A stretch of 58,812 nucleotides of DNA, filler included, from Sphacelaria rigidula (lineage: Eukaryota), in the NCBI GenBank assembly GCA_964200075.2. It is 6 parts of 6 records of this genome, joined end to end, with 100 filler letters (N's around TTAATTAATTAA, not from the genome) between each part and the next. Parts side by side here need not be neighbours in the genome. Positions count along the whole stretch, not along the records: positions 39,279 to 48,995 come from CAXNAA020007905.1; positions 49,096 to 58,812 come from CAXNAA020007906.1; 4 more parts are not named here. The stretch is one strand, 5' to 3'. The stretch's first letter is position 1; each line of letters begins with the position of its first letter. This document shows positions 48,631 through 58,812 of this stretch, piece by piece. A model generated the notes under the pieces. It made no database searches. It was not told the origin of the DNA and saw only the letters and a program-made list of their open reading frames with translations. The position numbers and the translations under genes are program-made.

Positions 48631-49638
48631 ATGCGCCCACATATACCGAAAGGTGTAGACACACATTGTTCAGTCCAGAATAGATGAGATGGCAACACAC
48701 ATCGTTCAGTAACACGAGAACGGAACATATTTTTCGGTAGTGCAAACCTCATTATTAGGAGCATTTTTTTAGTTTTGGCGAAGTCGCTGGTCTACCGTTT
48801 AATAATATTGTTATTATGCAAGTACTGCACCTGGGGAGGGGTGTACTCATGATCATGCATGCCATAGTCATAAGACCATTGACTTCGCATCCTCACAAAG
48901 CCGGGACGGAGCACCCCGGGTTTTCGCCCGACCAGGCGCGCACTCAAACCACCCAGCGCGAAGCACCGTCGTGTGTTCGGCGAGTCGCATGAAGGNNNNN
49001 NNNNNNNNNNNNNNNNNNNNNNNNNNNNNNNNNNNNNNNTTAATTAATTAANNNNNNNNNNNNNNNNNNNNNNNNNNNNNNNNNNNNNNNNNNNNATGAT
49101 AACTTTTGGCTCTTTTTCCCTGTCAAGCATAGGAAACCCGGGAATCGCGAAAAATTGTGAAAACAAATATATGTGAAAACCGCAGAACCACCGCTGATTT
49201 GGATATATCCGTGGCGTTAACTTACACACGCCCCATCTAACAACTTTTCAGCATGTAATCGCAAGTGTTCGACGTCAAAACGTCCAAAATCGATCAAAAG
49301 ATCAACATCGGGGTATAAGTGGACTCAAAAGGGCCAAAATGGGGTATATTTTGACATAATTTTAGTATTGAAAACAAGTTTTTTTTTCTTCTCAGTCAGC
49401 TTCGTCTGTACGTTATCTCTCTAACGAGCCCAACTGTAGCATGATCGTGAGCATTGAAATACCCACACGATTAAACGTCCATAACGATACAGACTTATGG
49501 GACAGAGGAAGTATGAACACCCTTGCTGGAAATTTTTTGAGCAAGGTGCGACGGCGCGTGCTGTCCGGTAACACGTGTGAGGTATATCACCACACTCCAC
49601 ATGTTACAGCACCTTCCTCGACACCATTTCATGTTCAG

Positions 49639-51409
49639 GGGCGGCGAGTGCCGAGCTGACGAGGCCACTGGTTTGATCACCATTCGAATCAAGTCCGGCC
49701 AATATTCGGTGATGAGCGTCATACAAGTGCCTGACGGGTACCCCATGGAAGGTTGTGGAGTCCAGCTGAAGTCGCACAACTTTCCGGAGCGCATCGCACG
49801 TCATCACGTGGTCCAGGTGCCCCGTCTGGCAGTAACTCTTGCAAAAATAGTAAATAAATACCCTTCCCAACACTGGCGTATGCGTGGTGTCGACTGGTCG
49901 AAGGGGTTCGCGGACTTGCTGCAATTTCACCCAGTATTTCCACAATCAAGAACCAGGTGTCTCTCTACTGGTGGAGCCCGGTGATGTCGATGTTGCGTAA
50001 GTGGGTGAATATCGGACGAAATATCGCACTTCAGCATGGATGCGACGACCGTTATCGTAGGTATTGTTTTATGACATGCACTCTGCTGTTTCCGTGGTGG
50101 TATTGACCCAGGCAGAGGAGATTGTCCGACGGTGCCTGTGCGGGTACAGCCCTGCCCTAGCTCTGCAGACAAGCAACCCCATCAAGATGCCGCCAGGAAG
50201 GGGAGGCAAGCCGGCGGCGGGAGGCAACGTGCGAATAACGACCGAGCACGTTCGAAATCTGAAGCACGACATAACATTCATCAAGAGAGCGCACGACCTG
50301 CGTGCGGTAGGCGAGGGGAAGGCACAGGGATCAAGCGCTAAGGCGGCACCTCCAAGGTACTTTCTCAGTGATCGACCATACAACACAGCTTGTTTGAATT
50401 CCGGTTCACTCTTCCCCCTCTGGCTCAACAGTCATTTCGTGTTGCTTGCCGTCCATGTCTTGCTTGTGTGTGTGTAATGGTTTTCAGTACACAGGAAAAG
50501 CGAGCAGCCCGAAAGCAGCTCAAGACTTTGGCCAAATCGGAGGCCACAATCGACGAGGAACAGGCTCGAAAAATGGCAGAGCTAGAAATCCGAGAGCAGG
50601 AGGAGCTTGTTCACTCACAGCTTGCTGATACGTCACAGGTAAACCAGTCAGCCGAAAAAGTGGACACATTAATTAACTGATACGGTTTTCGGTCTTTCTC
50701 TAGAATAGGTTTGTCGCTGTGGATCCATAACAGTAGATCGACACCAGAGGTGCAAGGACCGGCACAAAGGATGCCCCAGGATGGATCAGCAGGGGGCTCT
50801 CCATGTAGCCTCTGTGTCGGGTATGCAAAAGCATGACGTGAACAACACCACGATCCGTTCGTCTTGTTCGTTTTTGCCACCATGCTTGTGCTCCTTCAGC
50901 CATCGCTGCTACCCTTGGTAGACTTTCTGGTGAACGTGTTCGGCTGGCGATTACCTCAGGAGACGTGTGTGCGCTGCGACAAGAAAGTTATGCCCGAAAA
51001 CCCTCGACATCTCTCGCTCAAGGACCCTGCGCACAAGGATAGACCCACCAGGCAAGTGCTTGATGCTCGGAGGCTTCTATTCTACTCCGCGGACGAGCAT
51101 CTGACAGCTTGATTTCCCCAGTGATTGTGGCACGTTTCGTTGTGACCCTTGGTTTGCCTTCCTCCTTACCGCCCCTTCCACGCTTTCTTAGTGCTTTTGG
51201 TCCACATACAACCGGTTGGCCTTCGCAGGACTGTAGTGACAGGCAGCAAGTGCTTCCGCGCATTGTCCTGCTATCTTGCTCCTGTTCAGTTGACCCGCAC
51301 GTGTACTTGTTCGCCATGGTCACGCCTCCTCACGCGTAGGGTGTTCTGCGGACATTGGTTTCATCATGACTGCCTGAGGGTGTGGATGACCGAGCCGCCT
51401 TTTGGGGAG
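49639..51409 (+). CDS. Partial gene for a putative E3 ubiquitin ligase (RWD-like domain plus RING-H2 finger); exons 49639-49816, 50112-50356, 50488-50638, 50900-51051, 51340-51409
   Basis: All four introns are phase-compatible (0, 2, 0, 2) and the join is stop-free. IQVPDGYP resembles the RWD P..YP motif; CVRC...RVFCGHWFHHDCLRVWMTEPPF is RING-H2 lacking the final CxxC. First and last exons not found. Confidence 0.85.
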
Positions 51410-51749
51410 GTGAGTTCACAGCGACACACGTGTCTACCGCGAAGTGTCGTAGATGACGGCACGCTTGGTAGTGCGTTGCCGCCTTAACCTTTGAATGGAT
51501 GCATGCTACTTAGGTCGGCGCTAATATATTTTCATGAGTTGTGTTCCTGTAAGAACCGTCCAACATCTTCGACATATGGTGCTGCTCCTTCTCAGCGAGT
51601 CTCGTCTGTCTAGCGCGATACCACACGAGCTGGTCCTTTGCCCGCCTCGTCTGTTCCTGTCCTCATTCTGCTTTCTCTCGTGGGCAGGACTGTCCTCGAT
51701 GTAACCACCGCGTCTATCACCCGGACTGGCCACAGTCCAAACAGCAGCT

Positions 51750-52550
51750 GGAGAAGTCCTGGGCAAGCCGACAGGCTAAGAAGAGGGAAATTGGAGAGGT
51801 GCGCGAGTTCTTCACTGTGGATGAACGATTCCAAACAGGCACCAGGGGCGACGACTTCGGAGCCTTTACTTAGTGAATACATGCTACTTGGCATGAGTGT
51901 TGCATTCCGTAGTTGTCGCGCTTGTAGAAATTCGCCCAGTCTTGTGTTTCCCATTAGTGCCGGTGGCTGCTGTGGCAGCACCTTACCGTGTGTACTTTCA
52001 TGTAGTTTAGAACTCGGGACTTGCCCTGTGATGGCGTACCCCAGATATAGGTCTGTGGTGGTGGTAATTCTCAAGTCTGCATTCCGAGATAGAATTCATG
52101 CCTTGGAAGTGCTCTACGCGGGTTTACATCACTTTCCCCTGGTACTGCTCTCTGTTGCTGAATTGCGTGTTTGTAAGCATTGGCAGATTTTTCGGGTCGT
52201 TGAGTGGTAATTCCTGAATGGAACGTGACAGGCACATGTCAAATAGGTGCAATGTAACCATTGACCTTCTGCCGGTGTTCGACTGCTGTGCTTCTTTCCC
52301 GTTTTCATGTCGTTTCCTGTTGGCCAGCTCTGCCGTTCATTTCTGGTAGGCGTGTGCCGCACTGCATACTTTCGCAGTCGGCGTATCTCCACTTGTAATA
52401 TTTGCTTCACATTTCCAACTGTCGGGCAGAGAAATGTCTCTAGGGTCTCCCACACTGCCTTTTGTAATTGTAGCATAGCATCGTGATAACACTGTGATAC
52501 ATACCTTTCATTTGGTGATTGCTACATATATTTATTCCAACTGTCTGGCA
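51750..52550 (-). mobile_element. Possible decayed copia gag relic downstream of the RING exons
   Basis: Broken minus frames give a K*CK..STS...SECR pattern resembling a WCxxHxxxxHxxxEC gag knuckle; weak. Confidence 0.3.
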
Positions 52551-55500
52551 GAGATCTGGCGAAGATACGGCCCGGCGTCACCGCCGGTACCTCGTTGTGT
52601 GGTTTTGCAGTATATCATCGTGTGACAATGATAGATGAGATTCATTTTGCCGAAGTTCGGTGGAACAAGATCCTCTCCAAAAATTCAAAAGGATAAGAAA
52701 CAAGCGCAGGTGTTTTCACCAGCTATTCGTGCGCTTAGTGTGAGACTACACACGCACAACGTCCGAGATGTCGCCATTGACGTTGACTCACTGTTGACTA
52801 GCCTAACTCCTCCTCAATACACTTTCCCCTGGTGCACCTGCTCATCAGCCGGACTCTGGCGCTATAGACAACTATCATACTTGACCGACTGATGTACCGA
52901 TCGACTGTACTGTGCTCACGACCACTTCACTCACGACTCTATCTACCGACTACATGTACCTGTCGTGTACCGATCTACTGTATTGAGTGGGAGATTGCCC
53001 CTCAAACCCATGAACGCTCGATCAAACGGTCGACCTACCAGTTAATAATAGCTGAGCGATATAAATTGGAGAAACATACAATGCCCGAATTGCCTCCACC
53101 TGCCCACGGGGCGAAACGACTCTCTTGCCGTATGGCTACCGTTTGGAATATCTCTGAGCAAAGCAGCTTTTAGTGCTTGATATACTCAACCACGTAATAC
53201 AACGAAATAGCATGGGCGTGTCACCCGGGGATGCGATCACGCGCATGTCTTCAATTTCGTAGTTTTTTTTTTCTTCATTTTCCGCCCAAGCATGGTGGAA
53301 AATTCATCAGGGTCGGGGATCGGCCTAACATCACGGTGCACTGCACAGAAAAATATAAACATACGTGAAACACGTCAATCACATGCAAGACAACGGAATA
53401 AATAATGAGATATGCACCTTGAGCAGATGATGATCCCGAACCCCGCCTACTCTAGAATCGCCAGCCATCATCATCACCGTGGGGAAATACAGCGCAAAAT
53501 CTCCCGGTACATGTGATACAGAGGAACTCAAAGCAATGGACGAATCACATGCAACCCTCGGGAACATCTCGCCTGAGCTTGTCCGAACAAAGAAACACAA
53601 CGGGGCTACAGTCTCATCGTCAGGCGCAAGGTCACGACAAGGGCTTGAGGAAACAGATTGTACAGTACTACAAGGGGGGTCACGCGGAATCGTACTCGTG
53701 GAGTTATTCCTGTGCCGGATGTCGACACTTAGCACGCTGTAGGCGGGTAGCCCGCCTTTGCCACATATGAGCTACGCTTTTTCAGACGCGCGTACACCTC
53801 TGCGTTCTCCTGCTCGTACTGTGCGGTCTCTTCAGCGTCGCTATTCTTAGCCTTGAGCATTCTCGAGCACGCCCCTGGAAGAAGGTACAGACCGCCCACG
53901 CTTGGGCTCAGATAGTCCGCCAAGTTCCGGCATTGTTTCTCGGTCACGACTCCGCCGAGCTCTGCTCGTTTGCGTTTGCATATTCACAGTTGGGGGGGCG
54001 TGTACTCATGACTCTGCATGCCGTAGTCATCAGACTATTGACCTCGCATACTCACAAAGCCGGGACGGAGCACGCCGGTTTTTCGCCGGACCAGGCTAGT
54101 GGGGGCCGGGGCCGGGGGGCCGGGGGTGAAATATGTGAGTAACAATAGTGGAGGGGTGGGAACGACGCGCGGCACTAAAGCTGAAGGCGTCGGCAGTGGG
54201 AATTGACCGAGATATCGGTAGAGGGTAAGAGTCCACCCATCGCGTGAAGACAGCATTTGGACAGTACAGACATGAAGCTGTACCGCTGCTAGGAGAGGAC
54301 GTAGACAGTCAACAGCGGAAACTGCAGCGCATAAACAACAGTATTGTATGGTGGGATAACTAGAAATACCATGTGTAGTGAGCGTGAGAACTTATCTCAC
54401 CTTTCTTGGTCTGGGTAGCGCCACTCACGGCTTCCGTCACGCGGCGCACGAGGGTCGTCAAGCCGCCCCCCCCCTCCTCATGTTTTGATGGTTGAGCAGA
54501 CACGTTTTGCACCAGCGCGGACGGCGAAGCAAGACAGGCAGAAGGCAACCTGCTCTTATCCGACAGGACCCGGTGAAGCATGACGCACTCCTGGTGGGTC
54601 ACAGCGTCTTCATCAATCAACAGCGTGAAACCGGGGCGCGGAAGGGACGGAGCGTAGGGGAACCAATCGCGCTCCAATACTGAATATTCATTTACCCGGG
54701 GTGCAGATGACTCTCGTTCGTGAGAGAGCACAGTATCATGAGAACAACAACTACCGGCCCCGACTTGAAGGAAGCACGGTACAAGCCGAGGTGACTTTAA
54801 CTTTCCACCCAGGTCATTGTGACCATTGATGAGCGTGGACAAGTTGCTGCTGAACGCACAAAAGCGGTGATACCATCAACAAGGCGCAGAATTAGCCACT
54901 CACGTACTGCATTATCACCATGAACCCTATCCACCGACAGTATCGTTTCCCAGGATCTGACCATGCCCGTTCCGCCGAGTCTTCTACATTTTTTTCGGGG
55001 CAGAGCTCGTTGTACCTGCCAGTACATCGGAGATTCTACCAGCTTCTACGCTCCACAGGCGAGTATTGGCGTGTAGACTCACATGGCATAGCTTCGCTGC
55101 GGTCTTCGAATTCTTCCAGTTCGTCAAAAGCCCCGTCGACCTCGTTGCGAAGGCTGTTGCGCCGAAGAATTTTGAATCTCTCAGTGTCCATTCTGTCCTT
55201 CACCCACTACTTGTCAAGCAGCAGTACGAGGTGGACGTAATTGGGTCGGAGGCGCGGCTGCTGATGGTACGTTCCTTGCGTGTTCTGTGGTAGCTGAAAT
55301 CAAGATCAGGCGCGAGGGGTCACGTGAAACAGAGGATCATCACTTGCAGAGCATACCGTGGGCACGGATACCCACATTGGAAAACAAGCAACGCACTCGA
55401 CAGCTGGTGATGCAGGAGCTATCAACATGATCTGAGCGGAAACCCGGTTTCAGTCGGAATACTTCAAGACTACGAGCAGGCTGGAGTAAACTGAAGGCAA

Positions 55501-58185
55501 GTAAACCCTGGACAGCGGTCCGTGCGCCCTTCATTATGCCAGGGGCCGTTACCAACCTCGAACACCAGGGTGGATGATCTGGTATCAGCCATTTTTCAAG
55601 TCAAAGTGATGGCGATTCAGCAGATGATCCACCCTGGCGGTGGAATTGTTGAGCCTTCGACCACCCAGAGTGGGCGACCTGGGTCTCGGTAATTTTTAAG
55701 GGCAGATGATCCCGATTCAACAGATAACACACCGTGGGGGTCAACGGGTTCACCCTCACAGCGCCCACTTGTGCAGGTGGACTATTCACTTTTGTTGCCT
55801 GACTATTTCGGCGGGTTCGGAATAGTTTTTGTGATGAAAGACACAACGCCTACATGGAAGCAGGGGGGATGGGATAGCCGGTCTATTGCCACTCCCATAA
55901 ATATCCGTGCCGTGGTGAGCACAGTACATCATACAGCATAGTATAGCACATGCAGATTGAGTGACTTAAGACTATCATCAGTGGTGGCCGTGCCAATATC
56001 GCATGTGGTACGGCGTGTACCGAGGTTTACTAGCCTTCGCCTTTACGGGCGCGCCGCTGTGAGCGTTTTCACAGAAACCAGACGACGCTCCAAAACTCCA
56101 ACCTGCGTGCTCAACCATGGACACAGACTGCTACACTTGCCATTTAAAAAAAATAACACTTGTATTTCTGTATGATTAGCTTCGCGTCCGAGGGTCATGG
56201 AAGAGCCATAAACGCGTAGAATTATCGCCCTCTAAATGTCTGCGGGGGAACCGTCTGAAAGCATGCTCGCATCAGGAATCCTTGGCGTTATAAGCGTCAA
56301 CTGTTTGACCTCCAGCATATATTTCAGAATAATTGCACCAGCTAACAGTCCAGGAGTTTCACGGTTTTTGACGTGGGGGTGTACAGGGTCTGTTCATCAC
56401 ATCAAGCGTTCACGTTTCCAGGGTATTCCTAGGTCTGGTAACAGGCCTGAAGAGGGGTGGGGTGACCATTTTGATGTTTGTGATTGGTGGAATGATCCAG
56501 TGAGTTCCTCCACAAATCGTCCAATATCGTCCACCTGAAGGTGAAGCTATATTTTACCGTTTGTCCATCAACCAGAGATGGACGAAAAAGAGGGTACTTT
56601 CCCTCTCTGCACAGTAGCCTTTGCCACCCACCGACTCCCTCTTGTGTCGTCAGGAGCAGCGCATTGTGGTACAGCACTGAGTAGAGATGAAACCAGTGTA
56701 TATATACTGTACTGTGTGCCGTGGAGAGCAGGGGCACTGTCTGTATAGCAGCAGCGCGGTACCAGTTGAGATATTATGATGTTCAGCGTAACATCGAAAT
56801 ACGCAGGAGGTGCGCTATCAACGCCTTGAGGCTACCAAAGCTGTTGAGCAAGGCGGAGAGTATGCTGCTTGAGTACATCACAGCAGTAGTGGTAGCCAGC
56901 GTGCATCACTTACTTGCGCGTGACAGCATCCACCGCCTACTCAACAAACCGGATCGTACACCCACGTGGCTCCGCTAGAAAAAACGGTCAAAGGCCTTAA
57001 ATACTAATTTCCATACACTTAACACCCACCCGTTCAGCTGAATGGGTGTGTTGTGCCACCTGAAAAATGATCCAGAGCCAAATTCAACCCTCAAACAGCG
57101 AGCGCCACCTCGGGACATTTCACAGGCCGACAGTCCGGAGATATTCGGGGATTTCCAGTGGCCGCGGGGATATCCGCAGAGCAGCCGGGAAGCTCACCAA
57201 GTCAACCATGTGTATTTGGAAGTTTCCCTCAAAAGATTCTAAGCCAGAACCGAGGTTCGAGAGCCACGGAATGGCCATTCTGACCAATCACGGCCGCCAA
57301 AATGAGCACATAGTTTCGCTACAAGTGGACTACAGGTGGACTACTTCGGTGTCTAGTGGTATTTCTCATTTTGGTCATGGCAATTCAACTATAGATAACA
57401 TGCGAACAAAATACGTATTTTGCACTCTTCTCAAAGTCTGTGCCGCCTGTCTGACACCTTATGTGTTGCCAGCTTTACACTATAGTGTCGTTGTGGAACG
57501 CTAAGCAGAGGCATCAGCAACTTGCAGTAAATTGCGTTCAGTGGAGAGCGATGGCATGCTGACTGTTCCTTGCCGTTGTATCCAGCGGAGACATACCGCA
57601 CAGATACTCACACTGCACGCTATGGAGTGCACGGTCAAAACCTGTCAGCGGTTCTCCGGGACTTTTTTCTATTGTGGTCCCTCTTTCCTAAAAATAATGA
57701 TCCAAACCATTCCACCCCAGCCCCCATTTCCAACAACAATAATATTTTGATATATTCTTCCTTCTCCTTCCCTTTCCTTTCGTTTCCTTTCTTTTCCCTT
57801 CCTTTTTCTCTTATAGATCCGCAGCATCCACATGATTATGAAAAAATGCAGCACCGAACAGAAGCAGAACGGCTCAGGAGTCGGGACGTCTGTATCGCTG
57901 ATACCGAGCATCGAAGCGATTGTCATTCAACACGCTGAGAGAGTGGTAGGCAGACGTACGAGTGTTGAAGGTGGTACACCCGAAACACTGTACTTTGAGC
58001 TGCGAGCATTCGGAGAGGGGTCGCATCGTTTCTTTACCCGTCCACCCTGTGCTTTCAAAGGGTGTCATCGTGTAGAGATATGATCACTGCCTCCACCCAC
58101 AAGGTATCAGTCGTGCACAGCAGGTTTGCGTTTCATGTGAGCTGTTTGTACCTTATCCACCAAAAAACAAGAAACAAATATCTAC

Positions 58186-58605
58186 TGCCTCATTCACGAG
58201 AAGAAATATGTCATGCTTCATTTATGAGAAGATATATTTGATGCCGCGACGAATTATAATGCCTCAGGTACACGAGAAGAGACACGTAATGCCTCTTTTA
58301 CGAGAACACAAATCTGATGCGGCATCCGCGAGAAGAAATATGGAAATGTCCATGCCTCATGCACGAGAAGAGACACGTAATGCCTCATTCGCGAGTAGAT
58401 ATATGTCACCTCATCTACGAGACGAAATATCTGACGCCTCCTCCACGAGAAGAGATGTAATGCCTCATGCGTGAAAAGAGATGTCTAGGGTCTCTTTCGC
58501 GAAAACATATGTATACATGTGTATGATGCCTCATCGACGGGAAGAGATGTCTGATGCCTCGGTCGCGAGAAAATATATAATGCCTCATTCACGAGAAAAA
58601 CATCT
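58186..58605. repeat. Minisatellite, ~28-bp unit, about 14 diverged copies
   Basis: Periodic ATGCCTCAT(G/T)CACGAGAAGAGA(C/T)A. Confidence 0.92.
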
Positions 58606-58754
58606 GATGATGGGCCCAAAATCTTGCAACGATTATAAGTACGTGCAATCGCCAGGGTCATTCTGGCGTCATCTCGCTGTCGGCAAAGAGGGTTCCTTGG
58701 TTTTTCACTCTTTCCATTTCGAAAAAAAAGGGCGGGGGGCGGGGGGAGGGGGGG

Positions 58755-58812
58755 CGTACTCATTTGTTGCTTGCCTTAGTCGTGTGACCATTGGCGCTGC
58801 CTCCCTTTCGGG
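58755..58812 (-). mobile_element. Poly-G/C-abutting retroposon, subfamily A (other copies 23964-24033, 39279-39314, 46326-46396)
   Basis: G-run followed by CGTACTCATTTGTTGCTTGCCTTAGTCGTGTGACCATTG. Confidence 0.8.

Noticed and set aside
52621-53225. Possible solo LTR (TGTGACA...TGTCAC)
   Set aside because: No TSD, the end is not a clean CA, and there is no second copy in the window.
54020-54100. Hammerhead core (CTGATGA on the minus strand) or Helitron 3' end (hairpin plus CTAG)
   Set aside because: CTGATGA is absent from the other copies, and the homologous copies continue past the CTAG position.

Overview
Repeat-rich eukaryotic nuclear DNA, most likely from a brown alga (Phaeophyceae): it has a fucoxanthin-chlorophyll a/c protein with an ASAFAP-type plastid presequence, TTAGGG repeats and spliceosomal introns. 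It is not one locus. Six contigs of 9720, 9720, 9720, 9718, 9717 and 9717 bp are joined in descending length order by 100-bp N44-TTAATTAATTAA-N44 linkers, so nothing can be inferred across the gaps. Genes: one complete two-exon Lhcf gene (32176-35684), five exons of a partial RWD-like/RING-H2 gene with a GC-AG intron (49639-51409), two exons of an HSPA12-like Hsp70 (16098-16564) and two unassigned exons (21191-21799). The rest is mostly mobile DNA: RTE LINE remnants whose 3' ends carry long microsatellite tails, copia gag relics, probable KDZ transposase relics, a tRNA-derived SINE, MITEs and minisatellites. Two patterns stand out. (1) A seven-copy short retroposon whose invariant end, with a conserved stem-loop, always abuts a poly-C/G tract and twice has a long target-site duplication. 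(2) Five MITEs with related GAG/GAC termini, 4-bp TSDs in four of them and three different cores, all 254-258 bp long. Family assignments come from motif recognition by eye; no database searches were run.
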